Of a DNA stretch of 64,000 bases, positions 28,028-40,515 are shown piece after piece. The notes beneath the pieces were generated by a model that saw only the letters and a program-made list of their open reading frames with translations, was not told where the DNA came from and ran no database searches. Every line of letters begins with the position of its first letter. The first letter of the stretch is position 1. Position numbers and translations under genes: made by a program. Origin of the DNA: Octopus sinensis (Eukaryota); assembly GCF_006345805.1 (NCBI RefSeq), contig NC_043000.1, positions 110,484,001-110,548,000 on the forward strand. Reading direction: 5' to 3'.

Positions 28028-28029
28028 TA

Positions 28030-29085
28030 CATACATACATACATACATACATACATACATCATGGCTGCACCCTCGTTAGACGAGAAAAGCTATTGTCAA
28101 AAAGACTGAAATGATTCATGACTGATGCCATGTGATGCCGTTATATGACTTTTAAGCACAGCCAAGCTTTTACACATTTTTTGTCACATACTGCACAGCT
28201 GTGCTGGCTGGCAGGAGAAACAGGTGCCACCTTATGCACTCTCTTAACATGTCTTTTCAAACCTCCAGCTGAGAGGCACACCCTTCCACATTTTATGCAT
28301 ATTCTGTTGTGAATTATTACAGCCAAGTCGCTATTTATCATGGGTCGATTTCTGTGAGATTTTTGATGGCTGACCAGGCCTTCACGACTAAAACACTTCC
28401 TCCCACAAACCACACGAAAAGCAACACTCCCTCACTCACAACAACTTCTTTTCTTCTAACTCCCAACCCCATGCTTTCCTAGGACACCCCAATTCTCCCA
28501 ATCTGTGCCAACACAAGCATTGAAATCACCCAAAATGACAAATTTGTCATTTTGGGGGATATTGCGTTTAATGTCCGTAAGTGATAGATAGAAGGCAAGT
28601 TTATCATCCTCTGATGAATTCATAGTTGGGACATATGCACTTATGAGTGTTGCATAGCGACCTTTTCTTAATGGCAGCCTTAAAGACATCAAACGATCCG
28701 AATGACCACATGGTAGGTCCTCAAGTTTTGAAGCCAGAGTGGTTTTGGTAGCAAATCCCACTCCTGATTCTCTCTTATAGGTCTTCTCTCTAACGCTCCA
28801 AAAGAAAAGATTACCCAGTAGATTTCTCTGCAAGATTCCTTTTTCCATGAAGTCTTGTTTCAACATCCATATCATATCTTGATACATCATCCATATCATA
28901 TCACTGTAACTCTTTGCAACAAGCGCGGATCTTCTCTCTGGACGAGATTTCAGACAATCATTGTCTAATAACGTTCGAACATTCCAACATCCTGTATTCA
29001 TAGGCTTGCATTTTAAATTTACTCACAGTTGCAGGATGACGACCGGATCCAGGCTGTGGTGCCCTGGGACACCTGCCGGGTCAGA
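28030..29085 (-). mobile_element. Internally deleted RTE-clade LINE (5' UTR plus APE start fused to C-terminal C2H2 fingers, 3' UTR and (ATGT)n tail)
   Basis: GCWNVRTLLD..RPERRSALVA..ESGVGFA..LISAYVPT..ILGDFNACVG..GKHGVGS, then CGRKC..GLVSHQKSH, CIKCGRVC..LKRHVKRVH, CAVCDKKC. No RT domain between them. Confidence 0.85.
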
Positions 29086-30157
29086 TCACAGAACAAAATG
29101 TTCCAGAGCCCTTTTTGACATTTACTTCTTCAGTATCAATATCAACTTCTATTGTTTAGCTGAGCCTTTTTTAAGCTTCGGTCAGCCATGTTCATACAAG
29201 ATGTTCATATTTCTTTTGACGCCCCAGCAAAACCTGTGCTTGACGCTTTTTAAAGTGAGGAAAAGTTTTGCACAGCGACCATTCCCACTCTCTAAACTAC
29301 AAAGGATGATCCATAAAGAAGAGCAAGTCGACATCATTGGGTGATTTGCAGTCGTAGGTTTTATATTAGAGTGTCCTTCTCCCAGTCTTTGCCCAACTAA
29401 AGGCTAACTACAAGACAGCAGTGAAGTATTTAAATTCAGAGTTACTTTCTCTTAGATTGACTGCCTTCGCCATGGCTTGGGTAAACAGAGGAGCGCCATC
29501 CACCCCTTATCTGTTTATCATACAAAAAAAGTGTAAAATAAAATAAAAATGAAAAATTCAGATACAATTGAGTAAAAATAAGAAAATTGAGTAAAAATAA
29601 GAAAAAAATTTGAGATACAACAGATACAATTTAAAACACAATATATATACAACATACACACACTCCATATATGTCCACAATCACACAATCATATGTGCAC
29701 GACATGGAGATCTCATATCAAGATAAACAGCACATGACTTTGCAGGGTGGGGGTCAGTTAGAATTTTCTTCAAGTCGATTAGCCCATTCTGCTCAAAAGG
29801 TCCCTGAATAAAGTTTGTTTAAGGATGTTGAATGAAACACCCATGTTTCCAAAGGTGAATTATCTAAACCCCAAAGAATTCCTCTCGATACACGACTATG
29901 ATGCTCCCCCACTACTTCTTCTCATGATCAGCGATGCACATATCGTCAGTCACTAAGGGGCATAATAAACTGGTTAAGGTCAAACAACTGACAAGCAAAT
30001 CTGTGGTGTTGAGCAGAATATTTGCTGTAGACCGTCTTTTATACCAAGACAAAACAATGTACATGACAACACTTCCAATCAGTTAAGATCAGAATCCATG
30101 AGAGCCACTGCCTGGTACTGCATCAAGCCATTATTATTATAATTATCTTTATTATTG

Positions 30158-30230
<73 letters not shown>

Positions 30231-30231
30231 T

Positions 30232-31352
30232 TTTTTTTTCTTCTTTCAAATTTTCTTCCATTTCTTGCCGAGTGTCTTCCCGACTCCTAGGGCAAAGAAA
30301 CTCATAGTGTATATTGGTAGGCCATTAAACCAAACTCAGTAGTTCGTTCATTTTTTATTTTTTTAAATTTTTTTTAAAGTTAAATTAAAATACATGAGCA
30401 GCAACAGTTCTCACATCGACAATGCTCTTCTCAATACGTGTGATGTACCAGTTAAGACAATCTTTTGCACTTCTTGCAGGGATGGTAAGCCAGGGATCAT
30501 TCTCATATAATTTTCGGTTCCCTTTTTGATCATTCCTAGTGCTCCTACGATCACTGGTATTGTAACCGCCTTGAGATGCCACATTTTCTCAATTTCAATG
30601 AGTAGGTCTTTATATTTTCTGAGCTTGTCAAACTCTTTCGCTGAGATATTATGATCACAGGGGATGCTCATGTCGATCAATAAGCAAACTTTATTGTTTT
30701 GGTCTTTCACAACAATATCTGGTTTATTGGCCTTGATGGTTCGGTCTGTATGTACTGGAAAGTCCCACAGAATGGTTACATTTTCTCCTTCAGTTACAGC
30801 CTCAAGGTGGTGATTATACCACTTGTCGGCAGTTTTGATATTGTAATGCCGACTTATTAGCCAGTGGAGATATTGGCCAACTCTGTCATGTCTTAATTTA
30901 TACTCCACTGGTGCTAAAACTTTACATCCAGAGATTAGGTGGTCCACTGTTTCAATCATGTCGTTGCAGAATCGGCATTTTGGGTCTGCTCCATTTTTCA
31001 TCACATTGGCCTGGTAGTTCCGGGTTAATAGGCTTTGGTCTTGAGCAGCCAGGATGAAACCTTCGCTCTCTGCTTTTAGCCCTGAGCTCCGCAGCCACTG
31101 ATGGGTTTGCTTCTGGTCAACATCAGCTTGTTTGCTGCGGGTAACATATTTGCCGTGCAGAGGTTTCTCCTCCCACCTATCAGCCAATTGCTCGTGCGCT
31201 TTTTTCATTGCCATCATTTTCACCTTCTTTGCAACAATAGTTGCCGTACTTCCCTCGGGTTGTTCAGTTTGGGTATCCTGCACGAGATCAATAGCAAATT
31301 TTTTGCTTTCCTTGATGATAGAATGAAGCTTCTTTCGTCTCTCGTGATTTTC
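30232..31352 (-). mobile_element. 5'-truncated Dong/R4-clade non-LTR retrotransposon (C-terminal CCHC plus restriction-like endonuclease, frame still open)
   Basis: ORF 30411-31283: KPLHGKY, AAQDQSL, CRFC..ETVDHLISGC, RHDRV, LWDF..TDR..ANKPDIV..LIDMSIP..K..KY. (TAA)n on both flanks. Confidence 0.92.
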
Positions 31353-31377
31353 CTTATTATTATTATTATTATTATTA

Positions 31378-31445
<68 letters not shown>

Positions 31446-31686
31446 TATTATTATTATTATTATTATTATCAATAATAATAATGATACTATGTATGTATAC
31501 ATATATCGAAATAGTGATTCTTCAAGTAGATTCACTCCTTAAAGTGCTTTGTGGAAACTTATCTGTGAGAGTGTGTGTGTATTTGTCTGTGTGTTCGTGT
31601 GCTTGCGTATCTGTGTGTATACATATACATACATAGATGCATACATGCATATATATATAATATATATATATATTATATATATATAT

Positions 31687-31724
<38 letters not shown>

Positions 31725-32255
31725 GCGTGTTTGTGTGTGTGTGTGTGTGTGTTTACGTATGTGTATGTACGACTATCATCTATGTGTGCGTTAAGTACAA
31801 GCATGAACGATGTTTACACAGTAAGTAGTCGTATGCGTTTCTTGTTTATCTTCGCCTACGATTTTCGGCAATTGTTATTCACAAGACATCCATTCAGAAG
31901 TTCTTTGACGGCTTCTTTAATCCTTTAAATAGGAAACACGAAGTCCTTGATGTATTTTGGCGGTGGCCTGATGAAAGCATTCGGAATTAATGGCGAGGGG
32001 TCTCAACCAAGCTCGGGAAATTATTAAGAATATTTTGTAAACGGTAAAGTATGCATAGGTGAAGCTACACTGAAAACAAACTATATCCGGGAGATAATCA
32101 TGAAGGATGTAATATAAGCTGGATTATTATATTTAATGGCAGCAACAGCTGTCCATGTATGGCGACTTAGAACAACAACTGGAAGAACACAGCCACATGG
32201 AGTGCTAGCTAATTAATGGCGATCAAAACATGTCTCGAACTGAAATCTCTTTCTC

Positions 32256-32344
<89 letters not shown>

Positions 32345-32479
32345 TGAGTGTGTGTGTATGAGTATTTATACGTGTGTATACATGCACTCCTCTAATGACA
32401 TCACAAGGGACAGTTTTTCTTTTAATGAGGGAGAGGAGGAAACGAGCCACAGAGAGCAGAGGAGGAGGAGGATGAGGAA

Positions 32480-32563
32480 GAGAAGAAGAAGAAGAAAGAA
32501 GAAGAAGAAGAAGAAGAAGAAGAAGAAGAAGAAGAAGAAGAAGAAGAAGAAGAAGAAGAAGAA
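32480..32563. repeat. (GAA)n microsatellite
   Basis: Direct reading; source of the poly-K/F/L ORFs. Confidence 0.95.
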
Positions 32564-32625
32564 GGGAAACATTTACCAAATGAAGCAAAAAAATGACTTC
32601 CTTCTGACTGACGGTTTACCTTTAC

Positions 32626-32665
<40 letters not shown>

Positions 32666-32857
32666 CACATAACTACATTATGTATGTCCGTATATATATA
32701 TATGTATGTGTGTGTGTGTGTGTACGTGTGTGTGCGTGTGCACGTGTGTGTGATAAACATATATATTGTAATTATACATACTACATGTGTGTACATGTAC
32801 AATATACATATAATTTATGTTTCCATTATATATATATAGATATTATATATATATATT

Positions 32858-32901
<44 letters not shown>

Positions 32902-33156
32902 TGCTATTATATTAAACTGTCGTATGTCCAGATTTGCCCAAATGCGTTGCTTTCAATATTTTTTTTTGCTTGCTTTTTCTTCCGGTCAAACTATCGTATC
33001 TCCAGTTTCTTCAGATGCTAAGATATCAAAAATTCTGAAAGAGTAGTGCAACGGTTTTGTTATGGGATGATGAAACTATTTTTTAGTTTTCTGAAAAAAG
33101 CAACGTTTTGACACTTACGGCACTTTTGTATAATAGCAACGATATATGTATTTGTA

Positions 33157-33192
<36 letters not shown>

Positions 33193-33198
33193 TATGTA

Positions 33199-33292
<94 letters not shown>

Positions 33293-33295
<3 letters not shown>

Positions 33296-33950
33296 TCTGT
33301 TCAATGAATATCCGAACTGTTGCCATAGGAACGAAGCTAAAGCCCGCAGAGTGAAGCCGCTTGACACAAATTTACCTTGAACTCTGCTGTGCATGCACAC
33401 TAAGTTTTAACGTTCTAGTTTACTTTCGCTGTTTACAGCAGTGCTTGGAAGGAAGGTGTGTAGCGTGTGATGATCGCATTGACCATGACAGAGAAAGTTG
33501 AGCAGAGAATCTGCATCAAATTTTACCAAAATCTTGGCGATATCTGCTCAGAGGCCTTACGCAAAGTTTTCAAAGAGTTTTCATCATTCTCGACACAATC
33601 AAGGAAATCTTGTGCAACTGAAACCCGAGTGTCATGTTGGTCAGCTGAAAGCAGTTTTAGCACAAACTTGGCAGACATACGTCTCATATCCAAATCTTCA
33701 GTGATAATGGAATGAACTGAACCGTAACTAATCTGCACATCCTCTCATTTTTTTTACCATCTTGGAAATGTCTGAAATTTTCGTACATATGTGTGCGACT
33801 CATATATTCCTCTCCATACACTTTCAGCAATTTTGTGTAGGTCTTTAAGCAGATTTCAGTATGACAAGTTTCTCTTTCATGGTCAATACGCTACACACCT
33901 TCCTACCAAGCACTGCTGTAAACAGTGAGCTAGAAAGTTAAAATTCTAAT
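33293..33950. mobile_element. Rearranged mariner: two 5' ends head-to-head (foldback derivative)
   Basis: Plus strand gives MTEKVEQRICIKF; minus strand gives a second 5' end plus ISYGSVHSIITEDLDMRRMSAKFVLKLL..QDFLDCVENDEN. Junction at ~33570. 33405-33500 is inversely similar to 33865-33950. Confidence 0.8.
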
Positions 33951-34202
33951 ATATTTCTAGTAAAAGAAATATATTAGAATAAAGAGAAAATTCTCAAATA
34001 GTTTTGATGCTTTAAATCGATATTTCGAATAACGAGTATAAAAACTGAATTTCTCCTATATGAATTCAAAACAAACCCGATCGATTCTAGCTGAAATGTC
34101 TAAAATTATAGAAAGACACCACTTTTCTTTCACCCATTTTCTTGTCCCTCGCTGCTCACGAAATGAACTTTATTAATAATGTAACTTAATGGATGTAACA
34201 AT

Positions 34203-34342
34203 TGCAGCGTGGAAGGTGTTTATAAGCCATTTAAGAAACACACAAAACCGTTAGATTCACTTCAACATTTAAATTTAATTTGCGAAAATATTTTCGTCGC
34301 TTTGAGACGGCGACCTGTTCACTGACAAAATTCCGTGCTGCA
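34203..34342 (-). mobile_element. 140-bp element with 12-bp imperfect inverted termini, carrying a variant hammerhead
   Basis: Termini TGCAGCGTGGAA and TTCCGTGCTGCA. Single copy in the window, so repetitiveness is inferred. Confidence 0.5.
34279..34329 (-). ncRNA. Hammerhead ribozyme variant with compensated G3-C8 core pair
   Basis: Minus strand: UUUGUCA GUGAACA G GUCGC CGUCUCAAA GCGAC GAA AAUAUU U / UCGCAAA. Perfect 5-bp helix II, palindromic helix III, helix I pairs at 6 of 7 positions. Confidence 0.6.
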
Positions 34343-35066
34343 TTAATGGCAATATTTTAAAACAAGATCATTTTGTGTGCATGCTTGTAATTAAACCTAC
34401 GGTGACCTAGTCGCTACAACTGACACGTTGTATCGCACTTGAGGGCAATTTCATCTCTGGCCCTGAATTGGTGAATTACTTCACCTTTCACCTTAAAAGG
34501 AAAATAGGACTAGTGAGAAAATGCCTGACTGTGAGAATGTTTGAAGACCGATGGAAGAATGTAGCACGGATGTTGCGTGTGGATGGATCCTCATGAATGC
34601 GACACAGGATGTAACTCGGGTATCAGTGGGGAGGCGGGGCTCGTGGGGTCCGAATTAACCCCCCACTACATCCGTAATGTCTTCCCGTCTGTCCTACCAT
34701 TCGATTTTATTATATTTTCTTATTTTTGTAAAATTTTTAATGTAATCTTTTTTGTATAATCATTCGCTCATCTGACCCCAAAATCAGATTGTATTGTCCC
34801 CCTCTTTGTTGGCCCCTTGTGGATAATAAAAAAAATCAACGTTGTATCGCGCTTGAAATCATTTCGTCAGTATTTTTTGAGACTTGTAAATAGTTAAGCT
34901 TTTCTAAATCGAAACTCTCGCCCTAATATCCTTTCAATAAAGAAAATTTTAGACTAATTGTCGATTTACCTCATCTACAAGTTTTCATATAGAACTTTCT
35001 TTCTACTAAGCTAGCTCGGAATTCTGTTAAAGTTTTTCTATTAGACTTTCTCTGTTTCTCTTGCAG

Positions 35067-35880
35067 GTATCTGATACCGTTGTAGAACCATACAATGCAA
35101 CACTGTCGGTACACCAACTGGCGGAAAACGCCGATGAAACCGTTTGCATCGATAACGAGGCTTTGTATGATATCTGCTGTCGCACGTTAAAACCGAACAC
35201 ACATACATATGGCGACTTAAACCATTTAGTGTCTGCAGCAATGGCTGGTCTAACAACTTGTCTGAGGTTTCCGGGCCAGTTGAACGCTGATCTACGTAAA
35301 CTTGCGGTCAATATGGTACCATTTCCCAGATTACATTTCTTCATACCAGGTTTCGCCTCTCTAACAGCTCCAGGCAGCCAACAATACAGATCTTTGTCTG
35401 TAGCAGAATTAGCACAACAAATGTTCGATCCTAGAAATATGATGACCGCCTGTGACCCAAGGGACGGTCGTTACCTGACCGTTGCCACTATATTTCGAGG
35501 CCGCATATCAATGAGGGAAGTCGAGGAACAAATGCTGTGGATGCAGAATAAACATAGCAACCTCTTTGTTGAGTGGATTCCAAACAACGTCAAAACAGCC
35601 GTATGCGACATTGCTCCACATGGCCTAAAAATGTCTGCAGTGTTAATGGGCAATAGCACGGCGATTTAGGAATTATTTACACGCATCTCTCAACAATTCG
35701 CTGCAATGTTTAGGCGTAAGGCCTTTTTGGTACACTGGCGAGGGTATGGAGGAGATGGAATTCACAGAAGCCGAATCCAATATGCTCGACCTAATATCTG
35801 AGTATCAACAATACCAGCAAGCTACTGTTGACGAAGAAGAAAGCAGTGAAGAGGAAGAAGTCTCGGCGCTTAAGATTTGA
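35067..35880 (+). pseudogene. TUBB: Divergent beta-tubulin, terminal exon (about codon 175 to the end), disabled by a nonsense codon and a frameshift
   Basis: Acceptor TCTCTGTTTCTCTTGCAG| then [27 protein letters not shown] at 35667-35669 where Q is expected, then [21 protein letters not shown] 5-nt deletion at ~35729 is followed in the shifted frame by [49 protein letters not shown] (TGA 35878-35880). Confidence 0.93.
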
Positions 35881-36790
35881 TCGTTTAAATTCTAATAATT
35901 CTGTTTTTTTAAAGACTTCTCTAATATATGGCTTATATTTGGCTGATTTCGTTCTGAATATTAAAACTGTTTAAAATTGCTTTTTAAATTGTTTCGATAT
36001 GGTATTGCTTAAATAAAATATTAAATAATTGTATTTTTTTAGAAATAAAGCTATTAGTTACTTGAATTGTCTGCGAGTGGTTCATTTTTAAAAAGAATTT
36101 TTCTCAAACCGAAAATTGTAAAATTCCTCTACATATTACAGCTTTGTCTAAGCATTTAACATCTTTGACAAACGGCGATTTCTTTTAATAGTTAATGAAT
36201 GATAATACTTTTTAGTTCCAATTTTGAAAGTGCAGTATCGAAGTCCATTTCTTGGAGTCATTTAGTCTGAAAATATTTTCTGGCGTTTTGGGCACAAAAT
36301 CTCGAAGACACAACTTCATGAATTTAAATTTTTGAAACGAAGAAATTCCTGAATAGCTCTTTTACACATTACGAAGATTTCTGTTTTCGTTTTCTGCTTA
36401 TACATTGGTCTCTAAATGCTCTACACTCCTCAACTTTTTGCTGTTTGGAGATGCAAGTGCGGAAGAAATCTTTCACTGGGATATAAATAGACGTCTGAGA
36501 AAATTTGACATTCGTCTGCTGAGATACATAGTAAATAACGGCGACTTGGAACGTCGAGCAAAAACGGTGTCCAGTATTTTAGAATACTGTTTATGCGAGA
36601 TCTGTAAAGAAAATATACTGTTGGGATTTAGTGATCTGCCTAAAAAAATTAACCTTTTTTAAGAGTACGGTTGAGGTGTGGAAGAGGACACATTTGCGAC
36701 ACCCATTTTTGTAAATCTTGCTCTTTCTATAAATTTGTATTTGGTAGGTTGCTGTGAGTAATTATGGGGTTAATGTTTAGTCTGTGTATA

Positions 36791-36975
36791 CAGTGATCTC
36801 TCGACTATCGCGGTTGTTACGTTCCAAAACCTACCGCGATAGCTGGAAATGTGTGAAGTAGACAGTACTGTATTTTTTTTTATTTGTGTATATTTCCCTT
36901 ATTATAAATGCAGAACATCACGAAGGAGTTGACGTAAGCTTAGATAATAACCCGCAATACGGCGAGGGATTACTG
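36791..36975. mobile_element. Tigger/pogo-type MITE
   Basis: TA|CAGTGATCTCTCGACTATCGCGG ... CCGCAATACGGCGAGGGATTACTG|TA: ~23-bp imperfect TIRs with TA duplication, 185 bp. Confidence 0.8.
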
Positions 36976-38262
36976 TATTAACAAGCATTCACAATCCTCT
37001 GCCGATATTTTGTTCTTGCATTGATCGGTAGCCGTTTCTAATAACGTTTATTGTGTACATTATTTTACTAGAAACAAAAACCATGTGGTCGATGAGTGGA
37101 GAAAATGCTGTTAAAATAATCAGATCAATATTCTTAATGCGTCTAGGGAGGGTCATTATGCTAATAAAAAACACGCACTGGAGCAATACCACTTTATTTT
37201 ACTTACTACCTTTCCAATAGTTTGTCTAATGTGTTGTTTGTTCAGTCAGTTGTTAGTTTTCTCTGAGACCTTTTGTCTTTATTCGTGACTTCATCAATGA
37301 CATGGCATTACTCTCCAATCAATATATTAAACAAACTGTTGGATAGTTACTAAAATAAAGTGATACTGAATCTGCGCGTGTGTTTTGATTTTTATTGGTA
37401 TAATGACCCCTCTACAGACAAGGGTTTTCTTTTTCTTTCAAATCAAGTTTCTGGCAAGCCAAATATAAAAACGAAATTAGGTTTTCTGATTTTTTGGAAA
37501 TTTCAGGTTTGAGATAGTTGCACGAATAACATTACAAAATTTATAAATCCTGGTATTTAACAAAAATATAAGCATGAAGTTTAGGGGACGTGCTTTTACA
37601 TTTTATGCCCATTTCGATTACACTGGATCGTTAAAACGACAGAAAACGGTAGTTTCATTTTTGCCACTGCGATTAAACTTCATTTAATTTGGCGAAGTGA
37701 CTAGAAACCAAGGATGTGCTTAATTTTGTTGGAACTGACAAGAATTGAACCCCCTTCAACGTAGCAAATATCACCAGTCTCATACTTTTTGGATTATATA
37801 TTCGACATTGTTAAAATATTACGAACACTTAATTAACTGATCAAAAATATGAACTTTACGTATATCTTTCTGACTTTTTTTAGTAAGCAACACGGCAGGT
37901 TCGAGTCTCGGTTCGATAGGCATTCTTAATGAATCGGATCGCATGAATGTCTAATATCAAGTATTTAATCCTCCCCACCTCTAAAATAGGACTTTTCCGG
38001 ATCCTGAAACGAATTTAAATTTCAGAAAGTCTCTTCTGTATGAATTAATTCGATAAATACATTAAAAGTGTTAATTAGATTGCAGCCGGGAGCTGATAAA
38101 TTAAACCTTTCCACCAAGAAACTGTTTTGAACTTGTCATCTCAATTCAAATCTTAAAATTAGTTTCGAGGATATAAACAAATCATCACCGGTTGTCAAGT
38201 GCTGGTGGGGTGTAAACATAACAGAAGCAAAATGACATGCATAGACACACAAGCATGCACAT

Positions 38263-38568
38263 ATCTATATATATATAAAAGAGAAGTTGTGTGGTGTCTG
38301 TCTCCTACGATTTAGATTCCTAACTACTCCCACATTTTGCGGTGCAGTTTAACCAAAAGCGGGTATCTTATAGTCGTGATTCATATCGAGCCCTTCTGGG
38401 TATTAGCGCGCGTCTACAATGAGTCTACGATTTAAAAAAAAATTTACCATCATTACTTTCCATTTTTAATGCATTTTTTTGCTATTATATAAGGGAAGTA
38501 ACTTTCTAAAAATGCTTATATAGTTATTTCCCTTACAAACCCGAGCAACGCCGGGTGATACTGCTAGT
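38263..38568 (-). mobile_element. Helentron-like family H1, single-subunit variant
   Basis: Reverse-complement match to 3544-3938 with one internal subunit fewer. Confidence 0.7.
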
Positions 38569-38809
38569 ATACACATATGAATATATATATCTATACGAAT
38601 CTATCTGTATACCGAACCGAAGTAAAAGAGGGAATAAATAAATCCAGGTGACTATCTCTTTAAACCCTGCAAATGGAAACCGTTTAACTAAACTGTCCAA
38701 TAATTGTGATGCATTTTTTGTAAATCCGCAGAAGTTCACCAATTGTTTTCGGTCTTTTAGAAAGGAAATCCCATTAAGACTGAAGATATATTATCAATTT
38801 CTTTACTAC

Positions 38810-38960
38810 CCACAAGGTGATAAACACAGAGGGGACAAACAAGGAGAGACAAACGGATTAAGTCGATTACATCGACCCCAGTGCATAACTGGTACTTATT
38901 TAATCGACCCCGAAAGGATGGAAGGCAAAGTCGACCTCGGCGGAATTCGAACTCAGAACG
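38810..38960 (-). mobile_element. SINE family A module plus spacer, 5'-truncated
   Basis: Matches the modules at 58470-58875. Abuts a family T B-box fragment at ~38964-39000. Confidence 0.8.
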
Positions 38961-39060
38961 TAGGATTGCGGTTTCGATTCCCCGACCGGGCGTTGTGGAT
39001 GTTTAAACTTATGCCAAAATAAGAAACGAACGTACTGTATATGTATACATGCACACACAG

Positions 39061-39130
<70 letters not shown>

Positions 39131-39341
39131 ATTAATAAAATATATTAGATTAATACTAGTCAACTATACAATATTCCTGTAATTTCCCCCAGCGGAAGTT
39201 CTAGTTCTATAATGCCCATCAGGTTATGAGAGCGGCAGCTGTCAATTACGCCATTTTGAGAACGCTGCTCTGTCCTAGTGAAAAAGTTTTTTTTTTTTTG
39301 TATTTTATTGTTGATTTCTTGAATTTAATTGCTTACACACA

Positions 39342-39430
<89 letters not shown>

Positions 39431-39724
39431 TTGCGAAAGTTTATTTTTCTCTTTGAAGGTTAACTAGAAATGGCATAGCAGTTTCTATGATGAATATAAC
39501 AGTAATAACATCCATAATAGTCATTGCACAGTTGGGGGGGGGGGGTAACTATTAAATCGGAGTATTATAATTACACCACCAGGCATAACTCTGTATGTGC
39601 GTGTGTGTGTGTGCATGTGCGTGTGTGTGCGTGCGTGCGTGTATATATATTTATATATATAGAGAGAGAGACACGCATACAAACATACATACATATATGC
39701 ATTTATACATACATGTACAAATAT

Positions 39725-39872
39725 GCGCTGGCGTGGCTGTGGTAAAAATTTTGGTTCTCAACCACTAGGTTCCCGGTTCAGACCCACTTGGGCAAGTGTA
39801 TTCTTCTATAACCTTGGGCCAACCAAAAGCTTGTGAGTGGATTTGGTAGACGGAAACTGAGAGAAGCCAATC
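39725..39872 (+). mobile_element. 5' half of CORE-type SINE family B
   Basis: GGCGTGGCTGTGGTAA..CTTGGGCAAGTG..GGATTTGGTAGACGGAAACTGA, then (TA)n. Confidence 0.7.
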
Positions 39873-39914
<42 letters not shown>

Positions 39915-40089
39915 TCACCTCTCCTCTCTCTCTCTCTGCACTACACACGACATTACACACACATCATACATACATACACACGTCCAGACCTTTCATACGC
40001 ACTACATACTCTCTCATACACACACGCACCCTTATGTTGGGGCGAAGTCATTTGACCCTGTTATCTCCCCTACTTTCGCTCTTGCGTCT

Positions 40090-40332
40090 CACGTCTGATG
40101 TCTGACTTCTGGCCGGAATCAGATCGCCATGTTGAATCGCTAGCTTCTGCACGCATTTTTTTCTCTCCTTGTTTCTCTCCGTGTTTTTTTTCTGTGTATC
40201 TTTCTGTTGAAGAGTGTAGGCTCGAAACATAAAAGACTTGTTTTATTTATATTCCTGAGCGCCATACTAATACAATTGTTTGTTTGCACTCCACCTGCCT
40301 TCATCTTTTGTTTATTTTCATAAAGCCTCCTG
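40090..40332 (+). mobile_element. PLE pLTR-like repeat with a decayed hammerhead (40200-40235)
   Basis: CUUU CUGUUGA A GAGU GUAG GCUC GAA ACAU A / AAAG (A6U and G16.2A changes). 3' end abuts (TA)n. Confidence 0.55.
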
Positions 40333-40370
<38 letters not shown>

Positions 40371-40467
40371 TCTTAGTTACCAGTGGTCTAGCGAGAAAGA
40401 AAAAATTAGTCAATAGACTATATATTATTCAGAGAAGAATACAGTGTACGTTCAAACACAAAAGAGA

Positions 40468-40508
<41 letters not shown>

Positions 40509-40515
40509 CATTATT

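Noticed and set aside
34420-34870. ~20-bp direct repeat ACGTTGTATCGC(A/G)CTTGA upstream of the tubulin exon
   Set aside because: Only two short copies 415 bp apart flanking an apparent insertion; no functional interpretation is supportable.
36140-36615. Possible minus-strand exon(s) downstream of the tubulin (TTTACAG acceptor, open stretches of 55-66 codons)
   Set aside because: No single frame connects a good acceptor to a good donor without stops, and no recognisable protein; unresolved rather than supported.
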